A stretch of 64,000 bases of DNA, taken from NCBI GenBank assembly GCA_000934665.2, contig KZ537984.1:124001-188000 (forward strand), written 5' to 3'. The position numbers were made by a program, and so were the translations under genes. The notes below the pieces were generated by a model, which saw only the letters and a list, made by a program, of their open reading frames with translations, did not search any database and was not told the DNA's origin. This stretch comes from Catajapyx aquilonaris. Taxonomy: Eukaryota. Shown piece after piece: positions 50,192-64,000 of this stretch (position 1 is its first letter; every line of letters begins with the position of its first letter).

Positions 50192-50358
50192 AAAAAAATA
50201 TTTTGTACTTATTTCCCTTTGTACACCGATCAAAGTTCGTTATTTACAAGCGCAGGCTGTGATAAACCGGCCTGATTGCGTACAGTTTTAAAAAAACACA
50301 CAGGGTGCCAAAAGACACGCCATTTGATCTACATGTCATTCCTTTCAGGTTGATAGAA
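50192..50358 (+). repeat. Dispersed direct repeat, copy 2
   Basis: First ~70 bp identical to copy 1; the remainder has a few substitutions and indels. AATAAA of copy 1 reads GATAAA here. Confidence 0.9.
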
Positions 50359-51478
50359 GCACAGAATTACTCAAATCCCACCCAATAATTTTCAAATTGC
50401 GGCAGGAGGAACCAGAGTAGAAACAAAATGTCCTCAAAACCATATCTGTAATAATTGGTCGTAATCTCAAATGGAAGCGTCGTCGCGCCGTTACTCTGGG
50501 CGACACACCAGAAACCATTGTCGGCCGATGCGATAAAGAGTTTCTCCGCTGGCGATTGGACCTATTTTTTTTTGGAGGGGGCTCACCGGTCCTTCCAAAA
50601 GCGCCGGCGCTCTATGGTGGTGTGTGAGTGAAAGAAGAAGAAGCCTGTGAACTTGATCCTGAGTGGCATGCGCTCGCGTGGATCCCTCCACCCAAAAGGA
50701 AAAGTGAGCGATGTTGTGTTTTGAGGAGCCGCAGTCAAGTGGGCCAGAGTTGCAGGAAGAGCAGCAGACACAAGCCGGCGAAACAGAAGAAGAGGAATCC
50801 TCCATCCGTGGCACACGCTGAAAGAAAGGGCCAGGCAAGGTGGGGAGTGGGGGGTGTGAAAATAGGAAAAAACTTTGTTGAATGACCCTGCGTTGAGGGA
50901 AGGTGGTGAGGTATAGTCTTCATCCGTATCTTCTCATCGCAAACTCCTCCTCCACCTCTCATTCCCCAGCAGCACATCTCTAACTTGCCTCTCACTTTGG
51001 TGAATCTTACACTCTGCTGGGGGGTGTCGCCCAGTGTTGTTGTCAGGGTTCGATCCTGACTCAACAACAAGTCGCACCATAAACAGGTAAGTGCAGACCT
51101 CTCGTTATAGTCATTACTATTAGCTGCAATTGCAGTTCAAAATGCAACCAGCTAAGTCAAAAATGAATAGGGCAGTGCATAGTTTCTTCTTCTGGTGTCG
51201 TAACATCCATAGCACTCACTGTTAAAGTGTCCATGAACATTCCAAGGAAAACAGAAGAAAAGTAGCATACATAACCTGGAAGTGGCGTGTCTTTATTATT
51301 ATAATTATGTAGATGCTGACAGCTCCTGCAACAGTATGACCCGGGCAACATTTTGTTGTCTTATGCGAACGTGTTTTCCAGTCTCATTAGAAGTCGACCT
51401 TTTCACAGCGTGTTGGGCACAACAACACAGGCATATTTATCTGTATAAATCAGCTCCTTCATTCTGGTTTCAGGCACG

Positions 51479-54400
51479 ATGCTCTGCTCCTTGACATGTA
51501 TGAGTGTGGCAGCTGCCTTGATGTCCTTCGTGACCGCACAGGAAGCGGAACTATTCACGGATCATGAGGACCTCTTCTCTGCTACATCCAAACTGGAAGC
51601 CCTGGTCCAGAACGAGTTCCAGATAGTGGACATTCTGGACACATACCTGAAGCACACCCAGGAAAAAATTGATTCGATCAGGACGTAAGTGATGATGACA
51701 TGGGTGTGAATCTGGACGACCTTGCCATTTCTTAAGGACTGCAGATATGTCATATTTTGAGCAAACCGACTGCTTTAATAAATGTGGAGCACACGCGGTT
51801 TCTTACACATGAAAGAACAATATTTCTTCATGGGAGGTGCCGAGCCGAAACCGTGACCAAACGCGATGTGAACGCTTCTCCAGTTCTTCATTCAATAATA
51901 GGGTGCTTTTTACATGCTACTTGTTAGGCCTTGAAGTCAGGTAGATAAGTAAAGTGCAGTGGTGAGAGATGCTAAGCTGGAATATTTGCACGAGAACTTT
52001 CGCGGCTGTCGACGGACACAGACATGGTGAAGCAATATTTGCGCGCAAAAAAGGCCCATCGTGACATGCCCTCTTTTTTCGCATGGTTTAGGAGCGTTAA
52101 AATGTTATGTTGTGACAGCTTCCTGCAACTTGGCTGGCATTTTGTTTTATTTGCGCGGGTAAAATCAGGGCTCCTTTTATCTGGAGATGTGAACAAACAC
52201 GAGTGTTTTGAGAGAGAAAGTGTCTCTATCATCAGTAGGTGGTATATAGAAAATTCTCAAGGAGAGCAAGGGCAATATTGTGGTTTTGTGGCGTCACACG
52301 GTGTGGTACAAAAGGCACATCTATTTCCCTTAGTGGCTCCCATCCAAAAAAAAAGGACGAATTCTTTACGGTAAGGGAAAGTGATGTGCAGGTGACGAGA
52401 AAGCACCGTTAGAACATGCTTATTACGAGCACGGGGCAACACTTTACAGCTTGCTAATTAAAAATTGAAATGAGGAAGGAACGGAAATGTAATATGTAAC
52501 AGTATCGTTTTCACGTCCTACATTTTTAGTGCCTCGTGATACTCTCACTCTCTAGCTGAAATACTAAGGAAGAGTATTGTCTACATACTGTACAAGAACT
52601 GTCTCTGTCAAGGTTGATCGCAGGATCACTCCGCATTCCAAGAATAACAGTGTAATTAAGCAACATGCGTGTGAATATCGTGCGTCCTTATAGAGGTTTT
52701 GAAATTTCCTGCAGGTTTAGCGAAAGTAAACCAGAAGTGTGGTTATTTTCATCGTATTTCCAGGTTCGGTTGTTGCTCACTGTCCAAATGTCGTTGACAC
52801 TTGCACGTCAATTATTGCTCAAATTAGAGGGGCGAATAATTAGACGATCAGCTTCTGTTACTTTCTCCTAAGTGCATGGTCAGTGTGAAACCCATAGTTA
52901 GCGAAAGGCTGCCAACGCACATCATAACCCACTGACACGTTAGGGTAGCTCGAGCCTGGTTTTTCGAAGTAGCACAAGTGCACTTGGGTGCGAAAATTTT
53001 TCTGTAAAAAAAATTGCGTGATTTTAAGTTGCGGATGAACAATAGCAAGTAAACTAGAAAATCACAGAGAATCTTACACGTGGCTCGCATACCTCATGAG
53101 AATTGCAACACACAACGGGTGTGACAAATTTGCATGACAGTTGGTGTGACACGAGCATGATTTCCGCGTTTTAATTAATTTGGTATGATATAAACCGCCC
53201 CCTATTTCATGGATCCTCTCGAGTGTTTCGGGGGGTTCATTTTCATCTCGTCAGCTGAAGACCGCTCTTAGTATTGGCTCATTTTCGTTCTTGTTCAGTT
53301 GTGTAGCCTATAGTTTCACGCTTTCTCCGCTTGCTCGCCAGCCTGGAAAAATAGGGAGGAAGAATTAGGGTAGCAATACAGTGCGCTAATTCACACATAT
53401 TGGATACGTGCTCCAATATGTCACTGTCTTCATGGCCAACTTGTTTGCCAAATGGAGATAAATGCGTGTGCTAACCGTGGCACAAAACGCAATTTTCCAC
53501 TGCATTGTCCGCAATCGTTAAATTGTCATTTGAAAACGAAGGCCATAAATCAAACGTGATCAGACTTCAATTTTTCGTATCTAATTGGGTCATAAAATAT
53601 TGACAAGCAATTACTGCAACTAATTTTTAGCTCTAATGTTTCGTTGTTTGTTGCTTTAATTTATATCCAAAATATTGTACTTTCGGTGTGTCCAGTTCTT
53701 GCATGTGAAAATATGCATATTGCGTCAAAGCAGGCCAGCACATCTTACAGAGTATTATTATGCGGATCATATCACATACTTATGTTCGTGTCAAGCAGAC
53801 CGGATGGAAGAGTGAAGCAAAAGTACGACTCGAGTCTCTCTCCCCCATTTTTTGCGTCACGACTGTCGTGTTTGCATCAGCGGCCTTGTTGAAAGATCAA
53901 GCAAGTGGGATAAAGGTCATCCCTCCTTCCAGCCCCCTATTTTCTTATTATCTCAGTCATCTGGCCACTAATGATTACCACATCGATTATACAAGATATC
54001 AGAGACTGGAAGTCAGTCATTAACCCAACAACCTCCTGACGTCATGTTCTCATTTTTAGTAAGCTTCTGGTGCTAATAGCTTTCTTATTGTTTTCGCAGG
54101 TACATTGAAGATTATAGGTTCACAATGGCTGCCGGAAGAAGCTCGAAGGATCTGGTGGCCAATCCTGTTGATGCTTATGCGCTTCTCAGAAGACTTACCA
54201 TCGACTGGAGTGAGGTCGAATCGGCCTTAGCAGTGTCTGCAAATTACACCCAAGGTATGCGGGAAGTGGTCACCTTGATGAATACATATGCATCGTTAAG
54301 TGTACTTGATGCATCGTGTTTATTTGAAAGGGGCCGAGGGTGAAGGTAACAACGTTTAAGGAAACGATCTTTTGTTGACTCAACCACAGCTAAATGTTCT

Positions 54401-57400
54401 TACCTTTTTTATACACATTGTATTCATGTTGTAGTCTCATGGTATGTAACTGTAGGTGCTGGTACGTCCAATCTGTACGAGGGACAGACCAGATGTGGCA
54501 AGAGCTGATATCCGCGAAGTGTTGCAGACTATTCGAATTGATTACGAGAGACAACCGCTGTGAATGATACTCTGCCATTCCAGCACTGAAGTCACCACGA
54601 GGAAAAAGGAAAGTTTTTTGACGTGACATTAATCGCTGAGTGGCACTAATGGCACAAGTGCTATCGGCTAACAGTATGACAAGAATATTAAACTTGAGAG
54701 ATCTTATCCGATTGTATTATGCAGGAGATTCTATACACACATCAGGGTGTGACGAAACAGGATTTGCTATATTACTGTGAAAACATTTTACATCGGTATT
54801 TTTTCCCCTCGAACATACCATCGGACAAAAGGAGATTCGACATATCAGAAATGTTACACTTTCCCACTTTTAGTGTAAAGTCCCGACCAGCACACAAAAA
54901 AACAATCAAGTGCTGTAACTAGCCAAAAAATGTCACTCGCTCTTTGTCACACTATGCACCTATTTATACGTAATTGGCAGGATGTCTTCCACCGCAGTAG
55001 TAACGGTACTCGTCCTAGACAAAAACGAGGGAAAGGCTCAAGGAAGAGGAACTCGGAATGCGCGATTGTCATAGGCCACAACCCTTGCGAAGCGAGGGTT
55101 TCAGGTGACGTTTGATGCTCGAAAAAATAAATGCGAGCAACATGCTCACTCACATACAAGATAAACAATCGTTTCAAAATAGACAAAAATCAACGACGTT
55201 TGAACTATGGAAGTCAATTATTGGGTGCGGCACTCGCAAAGACCGCAAATGAGAGAGGTAAAGACAATGCATGTCCTACATTCAGGGATTAATGAGCGTG
55301 ACAACAGTCACATTGTGGGGTTTGACATGATTGGGCCAAAATTTGGAAGAATGATTGCTATACCTTTGAATTTCTTCCTTCAGATATTCTGAACTGGCTG
55401 GTGAACTTCCGCGAGAAGGCACATTTTCCGATGTTGGACGACCTGCATGGGGCTGCTCAGGCTCTGGTGCGCCTCCAGCATGCATACGACCTGGAAGTGT
55501 ACGCCCTGGCCGACGGTGCGCTCCAGGGGACATCATCGCACTCGGGTAATGAATAATGTAATATAATAATTATCAGCACGTGGGCATAAAACTAACAGAT
55601 TCAGACCGACTTCTATGGTAGGCTAAACTCCTCGGCACTATAGAGGTTCACTTTATGTAAATTATTTGGTTTCTGCTGTCACGATCTTCCGGTATGCCAA
55701 TAGCATTGTGGGGCATAAATATGCAGCAAGTATGAAGGAAAATTAGCTGTAAAAAGTTGCTGAGCATGTGTGTAAATGGGTGGATTAAGTAGCAGTCCCA
55801 CAGTAGGTGGTTGGCCTTCAAATTAATTAGCAGCAATCTTGTTGTTACTGATAACAGAGTGATAAATGACTCATTATTGGATAATATACTTTTTATGATT
55901 GGAGCACATTATATCAATGTCTCGTTATTCTCGAAAAGTTCGGGTCTGTTGTAAGTAAATGGCGAATTGGCAACTACTTTCTTTGATATTTTGTTACGTG
56001 TTAGCTGTCATGTAATGGTCCAATAATGGCTCATTTCTTAGAAAGAATATTGCAATGCAGATTGCCTTGACCCATTGCACCCAGTATAAATTCTAGCATG
56101 GTGATTAAACCATGTAGTGAAAGTTGGCAGAAGAGTAATTTGAAGGAGGATTTATTGAACCCTTTGCAGTATTCCGGAGCTTGCATGAGCTAAGTGCCCG
56201 CGACCTCCTCTTCCTTGGAAAGCACGCCTTCAGCTACGGATTTTACGATAAAACTCTGGAATGGCTAGGAGTTGCATTGACAAAGGCAGAGGAAGAAAGG
56301 AACGCCACGACTTCTCCAGAAGAAATTAGGCCCATACTACACACTGCCATGGAAATGGTTAGTAGCTTTAACTTATGCACCGTTAAAGGAAAATCATTGG
56401 ATCATCATTAAGTACACTTGGCATTTACGACTGCGACTCTACCGTTGTCTAATGATAGAGTCACAGCCTGTCACCACCACGCCTTGTAACCGTGACAAAT
56501 GTCCGTTGCTACTAATAAGGGCAATTTTTCTAATTTCTGGAACATCCTGTACATTATTATCCTGTTTATTCAACAGCATGATGACATCCTGGACAAGCAC
56601 GGTCCACGTGGAGTCAACTGGCAAACCAACTCGGTTCCTGTTGATCCAAGCCTAGCTCATAAGGCCAAATACTCATTTCATCTGGACTCACCTCCATTCC
56701 AACCTAAACTGTTTCAACAGCAAACAGAAGCAGAAGAAGTGGAACACTATTTCCGCCTATGTCGCGGAGAGAAATTAAGGGTGAGTTATATCATAACCTG
56801 TTCAAGATGCTAAATAGGAGAAACTGGTGCTCTTTTAGCCAACATATACTGTACGGAGTCAAAGTGACAAAGAGAAGACTAATGTTGGGAGGTGATGATT
56901 CTCACAGGGGGTGAACAGGAAGAGAGTCATACACTTTGTTTGGATTAGTTGTGTAACAGATTCCCCCTTTCTCTTTCGTGAATAAGATGCAACGAAAAGA
57001 CTATTACTTCAGCACAATCGTACTGCAAGAATGCCTATTAATTATGAGACAGAACGAAAGTCAATATTCACTTGATATACACTATTATTCACTCTGATAG
57101 ATCGTGATAAACTGACTGTTTGGTTATCTTTTCAGCCAGCAAAATTAGAAGCGCTTCTTCGCTGTCGGTACGCTACGAATGGAGCAAACAAACTGGAGCG
57201 GATAAAAATAGAAGAGCATTCTCACGATCCATTTATTGTCATGGTTCACGACCTAGTTACACCCAGACAAGCGGAGGCCGTCATCGAAACTGCACAACCA
57301 AGAGTAAGTATGAGCTTTCGAAATTCCATTATCGCAAAAAAAAATACAAAATATGACGGTACTGTACTTTCAGCTGTACCGATCGCGACATCGCCACGAG

Positions 57401-58137
57401 TTGGAAAATAACAAGGATGTAGTGAGTTCAAAACGAGTGAGCCAAAAGTACGAACACAAGGTGTTGAAAATAATAAGGAATCAAATATTAATTAAATCAA
57501 TTTTCCTATTAGTGCTTGGTTAACAGAAGAAGACACTCCTGCATTGTCCATAGTGACTAGAAATATCGAAAAAGTGACCGGCCTGAGGGCCAGTTATCCA
57601 CAAGAAGCTGAGGACTACCAGGTGACCAACTATGGAATCGGAGGCCTCTACGTGACCCACACTGACCACCTGATGTCCAACCCAGACCCTGATGCCTACT
57701 CGGAATGGGAACATTACGTCGGTGACAGGCTTGCCACAGTCATGGTCTATGTGAGTTATTAGACGATGATTGAAGGTGAAGGTGCGATCATTTTTCTTAT
57801 TTTTTTTTTCAAAGCTGTCAGATGTGGATGCAGGAGGAGCGACTGTGTTTCCGAGGGCAGGGGTGACCCTTTGGCCTCGAAAAGGATCGGCTGCATTTTG
57901 GTGGAATTTGTACCGTAATGGAGAAGGTGATGGAAACACCAGGCATGGAGCGTGTCCTGTTTTACACGGTTCCAAATGGGGTCGGTGCCAATTATTGCAT
58001 TGCAGGTGTGTCCTTTTTTGCACATACTGAATGACATTTTCTGCATTTCAGTGTCCAACAAGTGGATTCGATACAACGAACAGTACAAAAACGCACCATG
58101 CGGGCTTCATCCCTTGGACAAACATTCCCGACCTTGA
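51479..58137 (+). CDS. P4HA: Prolyl 4-hydroxylase alpha subunit, copy B, ~548 aa
   Basis: Exons 51479-51684, 54100-54254, 55384-55545, 56170-56357, 56577-56780, 57136-57303, 57374-57447, 57513-57750, 57815-57980, 58052-58137 (1647 nt, in frame). Signal peptide, NPVDAYALLRRLT, LCRGE, NYGIGGLYVTHTD, GDRLATVMVYLSDV, TRHGACPV, KWVSNKW. Probable UTR-exon donor CAG|GTAAGT near 51087. Confidence 0.93.
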
Positions 58138-58725
58138 TAAAACTCGTCCAAATGTATACGCAATGCGTATTACTATTTCTGTCTGTGATAATGTCAAAGA
58201 TTGCAATGTAAAAAACGTGTATATCATTGTATAAAATATAGAGTGTGTTCTGTGACAAGTGATTTCAATTTCCAGTTTTTACAACCTGATCAGAACAATG
58301 ATTCGTATCCTTGGGTAATTAGTACAGTACAGTACAGCCACAAACTGTAAGTTATCAAAGTTTGCAGCACGGGTCATAATTCCTTTGAATGCTTTGCCAA
58401 TTGGCCTTTCATGCCAGTTTCATGCTAACAACAAACCCCGTAGCCGCAACCGTCCGGGAACGAACCCGTTATTTTCGAGGGTGTCTTTAGGCCAGCCGGC
58501 CAGCAATCTAACACAACAGCAAGTGTGTGTGCACACAGTGCAATACCGGCCATTGACCATGGCATTGGGTCTCTGCTGGATACTCCAAACGGGCAGTGCT
58601 TACGTGGAGCTGTAACCAGCTAGAAGATATCAGTGTAAAGGTAAAGGTAATATCGTGATTAATGCAGGAATCTGATGCATTTTAACGGTTGTTTTGTTCG
58701 AAGGGACAAGAGGCCGATCTGTAAA

Positions 58726-61346
58726 ATGGAGAGGTGTTTAATATTAATATGTGCCCTTATGAGTTTGTCATTGACTGTGGGAACTGATGTGTTCTCTTCC
58801 ACTGTCGAGTTGGAGGAATTGTACCGAAAGGACAAGGTCATTATTACTTTGCTGCAAAAGTACATTGACAATGTGGAGGAAAAATTAACTGCAGTCAGAA
58901 GGTAAGTTGAGAGCCTGTTTTCTACTTGCGATTAATATTATTTTGTTACTGTTATAATTTTCAAGGTTTGTGAGTCAGTGTGAAGGCAACAGACAAAACA
59001 TTTTGTCACCTAGTCAAATTGTGGGTGATCCTATTGACGCTTATAAGTTAGTAAAGAGAATGACCGTGGACTGGGATGAAGTGAAGGCTTCGTTAAAATT
59101 AAATGATACATTTGGTAAGGTGATGCTTACAATATTATTATGCGTGAACTTCATGGAATTATATAATATTGCATCACTCTTCTAGCTATACTGAAAGAAG
59201 TTTTAAACCAAACCAAGGAATTGCCAACTTTCGAAGATTTTATCGGAGCTGCCATGTCCGTTATGACACTCCAAGACACTTACAGTCTGAACATGTCTTT
59301 GTTCACCAAAGGTCAAGTTAGATCATCTTTAACCCCAAAATTGTTTCAGAGTGCATACACTTTTACAGGTTAGTACTCGATAATATTATTATGAGAAGTA
59401 TGTTCTACTGTTGACCTTTCTCTCTCACAATTCGCAGCCCGTGATTGCCTCTTCATTGGTAAAGCAGCATTCAACAAGGGTCTATATGATAAGGCCATAC
59501 AATGGTTAGAAGCTGCAATGGCTAAAGTTGCTGACAACGACAAGACAACGACCGAAAAAGAAATTCGACCCTTCCTGAAAACTACTATCCGAGTTGTGAG
59601 TAAAATAATTATTATGAAACATGCAAATCACATCAGTAACATTTTTTTGTCAGAATTGTTACGCATTATTTTTAATGCTGTAGGTCTTCTTAATGGTCAA
59701 GTTTGTTGTATTATTTGAAAATTACGCCCCTCTGCAATTTTTTTTTTTTTGAAAAAACGTCATCCCATACATGATAATAGCGCAATTTTCCAACTTCAAG
59801 CCCTCGTGACTCTAAATGTGACTCTAATCATTCTGAATATCACGTACTTCATGTATGTAATTATCAGACATCCAAAAATACGGTTGCGTGTTAATTAGAG
59901 CACAAGCTGTAACAGTGATATGCAATTTCCTTCAAGCACGACGAGACTCTCCGCAAGAAAGGACCTCTAGGGGAAAACTGGCAGACATTTGAATTTCCAG
60001 TGAACGGAACAAAACCCAAAAAAGTGAATAAATACCAACCACAACTGTACAAAAGGCTTCCTCTTCATCTCGAAATGGAAAACTTCAAACGCCTCTGCCG
60101 AGGAGAAAATCTTCGGGTGTGTTTGACACCACTTTCTTCACACTCAATAGCCCCACAATCATTTTATTTACTTTGCCATCAGAGTGCACGAGACGATGCA
60201 GTTTTGAAGTGCCGTTTGCTCCACCATTCCAACCCGTTCCTGAAACTGGGACCGTTCAAGTTGGAGGAAGTCTCTCTCCTGCCCTCCATATCCATCTTCC
60301 ACGAATTCTTGTCGCATGAAGAAGCAGACACGTTGAAGAGGATGGCCAGGCCTCACTTGCATCGAAGCCTCCATCGAGGGAAAAAGGGGACATTTGTGGC
60401 CACCGACACCAGGACCAGCAAGCAGTAATGGACCATGAGATAACAATATGCAGATTAGCATGATGCTAATGAACATTTTGACTTACAGAGCGTGGCTTTC
60501 GGAAGAAGATGATCCTATAGTTCAGAAGTTGAATGACCGAGTCTCGGCCGCGACCAACATGCTGGTGTACCCTGAGTACATCGCGTCTGAGTTCTTCCAG
60601 GTGGCCAACTATGGCATAGGAGGCCGGTACACGCCCCATGCTGACTTTCTGCACCAGACAGACGATGGTGTGGTTCCAGAAGAAGGAGGAATGGACACTG
60701 GAAGAGGAAACAGGATGGCCACATTCATGACATATGTACTGTACGAAATTTGAACCTAATGGAACAAATGTCAGATCAGTTTTTGGCCAAAATTGGCTCC
60801 TGCCTTTGACGTAACTCTCAAAGGAGAGCAACACGGTAGTAACTCAGTTAACAGTAATTTTTTGAATATAAATTTTCACATTTGTTCCGCACAGTAGGCC
60901 TATATGGTTCTGTATAATTGGTTTCTGTTGTGTATATTCATAGTGTCATGTCTTATCGCTTTGATTTTTAGTTAGAGGATGTGGAGTCTGGAGGAGCGAC
61001 AGTATTTCCTATAATCGGAAGGGCCGTTTGGCCCCGGAAAGGTATGGCCGTCTTCTGGTACAACCTGATGTCCAACGGTGCAGGAGACCCTTTGACGCGA
61101 CATGGATCTTGTCCTGTACTTCATGGCACAAAGTGGAGTGAGTATTATGGACACCACTACTGTCTGGATATGTTTTAAATACGGTATCTTATAGTTGCCA
61201 AAAATATGCATGTGCATTTGAGTATGTTCATCCCAACTTATGTTTGTTTTTCTCTTTCAGTTTGCAACAAGTGGATTCGTTCACACGAGCAGATGTTTCG
61301 ACTGCCTTGCGACGTTAAAAACTGGGAATACTTGAAATTTCCATGA
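58726..61346 (+). CDS. P4HA: Prolyl 4-hydroxylase alpha subunit, copy C, ~528 aa
   Basis: Exons 58726-58901, 58966-59114, 59186-59368, 59438-59595, 59937-60116, 60183-60424, 60489-60735, 60972-61137, 61261-61346 (1587 nt, in frame). Signal peptide, DPIDAYKLVKRMT, LCRGE, NYGIGGRYTPHAD, GNRMATFMTYLEDV, TRHGSCPV, KWICNKW. Confidence 0.93.
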
Positions 61347-61534
61347 ATACCAAATAATATTCAGTTGCTGAATGAGACATCATAAATTATTATAGCTTAC
61401 ACACTATAGATTTTAATAGTCAGATATGATTCCTCCTGGCCAGTTACTCATAATATTTTAAAAAAAGACACTGACAATGACATAACTGTGCGTCTGTGTA
61501 AAGTGCCTAAACGCAAGTAATAACCTTGATAATA

Positions 61535-61659
61535 CTCTAATGGCGATTAAATTTAACATGGGAATAATGTTGATTAACGTTCAGTGTCGGACGATTACGT
61601 GCATTACCATATATTTACATTATTCCAACTATCAGCTTTTGAATTAAGCGCCATTAGAG
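61535..61659. repeat. Short imperfect inverted repeat (degenerate MITE or hairpin) between P4HA-C and NAA10
   Basis: CTCTAATGGCG...GGAATAATGT on the left matches the reverse complement of ACATTATTCC...CGCCATTAGAG on the right. Confidence 0.45.
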
Positions 61660-61959
61660 CAAATGAGTAGTAATTTATTTATAAAAATTGTAATTTTATA
61701 CAATGAAACTGTACATATTATGAGCAATAAAGTGTTAAATTACGATTAAAATCGAGTGTAACAATCCCTGTTAAATTCCTTCCCACCTGGCCACCCTGCC
61801 GACGTTCGATTTGGCAACACCGCACGAGAATGCAAATGGCCTCCGCCATTATCCATTTTTGCACGCGTCTAATCTAGTCCCGGTGGAAGTTGAACGTGTC
61901 TTCGAAACGTGCCTGGAAAAGAGCCCTACTCGTGGTCGATCATACCCCAGTGTACAGCC

Positions 61960-62745
<786 letters not shown>

Positions 62746-62978
62746 TTAGTCTAATGATGTGAGTATTCCAAAGACTGAGTAAAAATTCTTGCAAGCGAAA
62801 TATTTAAAATAATTCCTGAATGAGCCGGCTCATAAACTAATATATTAAGAAAAAAGGAATCTGGAAACATGCGACTAGATGTATGAATATTTTTGATGTT
62901 AAAAGTGTGTTGTAATTTAGCTACATGGCTTGAATTTCTCTGAAAATTATAATATGCCACAGGTATTGTGAACAAATT

Positions 62979-63245
62979 AATTGGTGAAAATCACAAGTTG
63001 CACCCTGTAGTGTCAGAAACTAGTTGAATACCCCTGCACTAGTGTGTAGCTGGGACTGATATTCGTTCCAAAAGACCCTGACTTCTGTTTCTTTTTATTT
63101 GGCATACGCCTATTTTGGAAAAATATGTAGCATGTGGGTACTCCCCTCATGCGTCATTGCACCTAGGCGCACATTGTAATGCTTGGCCCTTTTTAGCTTG
63201 TAATTGGAGAATGGCTACAGGGTGCGACCTGTGATTTTCACCAAT
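62979..63245. repeat. Pair of inverted Tc1/mariner-like element ends facing away from each other
   Basis: ATTGGTGAAAATCACAAGTTGCACCCTGTAG (~62980-63010) is the near-perfect reverse complement of CTACAGGGTGCGACCTGTGATTTTCACCAAT (~63215-63245). The TA|CAGGGTG termini lie on the inner side. Confidence 0.55.
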
Positions 63246-63577
63246 GAATTTATTGAATTTTCCAAATCTGAAGTGCCACATGAAGTGGTTTGAATGCAAA
63301 TAATTTATATTTATATTCTTAGATGTGGTGTTTGAGTCACATGTGTTGGTTACTGCATCCGATGTTTAATGAAAATGGTATGTGGGATGTTACAATGATG
63401 AGTCTGTCCACATCAGTTTTATTTATAATAATTCGAGAGGTAATTTTTTCCATGAGTCAGCAAAATTTTTTTTTAAAAATCTGTGCTGGTGTGCTGTTAG
63501 CAGGGCTGTTTATGCAGCATCCATGAAATCAAACCCTCTCTGAAATGGTTTCAGGGAGGGTGACGTTTGAAAAGTTA

Positions 63578-63775
63578 GGCCCCATTTCTCGAACAGTGGT
63601 TCAAATGTAAACTCTGTTCAAGTTTAGAGTCTCTGAAAAAAACCCTCTGAACTGGGATTAAACTGGACTTGAAGAGATTTGAACCACTCTTTGAGAAATT
63701 GGGCCTGAACTTGGATTAAACCGGACTTGAACCGGGTTTACATTTGAACCACTGCACTGTTCGAGAAATCGGGCC
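63578..63775. mobile_element. PIF/Harbinger-type (Tourist-like) MITE, 198 bp
   Basis: Left TIR GGCCCCATTTCTCGAACAGTGGTTCAAATGTAAAC; right TIR (reverse complement) GGCCCGATTTCTCGAACAGTGCAGTGGTTCAAATGTAAAC. TTA duplicated at 63575-63577 and 63776-63778. Confidence 0.8.
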
Positions 63776-64000
63776 TTAGTGTGCTGCGTAAATTGTTTCT
63801 TGACATTTAAGGGCCAAAACCAGCAATTTTTATCTGTCACTTAATGACACTATCCCGCATGGCAGAAAATATTTTGATTAATTCTATACCCTCTGTTTCC
63901 TGGTAGGTCTCTAATTTTGAATTTTTTAACACAACTTATAGACATGTGATTGGTAGATATCTGCCATATCCACATTATTCATGTTGCCCATGATAATTTT

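Overview
A 64-kb window of an intron-containing invertebrate nuclear genome, probably an arthropod (inferred from the DUF4789-type repeat protein and the prolyl 4-hydroxylase expansion). I assembled ten protein-coding genes by hand from splice signals and frame checks. In order: RYBP/YAF2 (-, truncated at the left edge, missed by the ORF track) head-to-head with ZC3HC1/NIPA (+); QARS (+); an SPMIP1/ATP6V1FNB-like ciliary gene (-); FBXL5 (+); prolyl 4-hydroxylase alpha copy A (-); an intronless secreted protein with nine Cys-rich GPC repeats (+); P4HA copies B and C (+); and NAA10 (+). The best lead is in P4HA copy A. The small exon carrying the Fe(II)-binding HxD motif is present as two divergent tandem versions (29387-29455 and 29266-29340). 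They are only 46 nt apart, which suggests mutually exclusive splicing that swaps an active-site strand. Also present are a mirror-symmetric YY1/NRF1 bidirectional promoter, two GC-AG introns, several MITE-like elements, a short retro-insert with a 35-bp target duplication and a ~160-bp dispersed duplication. Family names come from recalled motifs, not database searches. Several non-coding stretches look like unpolished long-read consensus.
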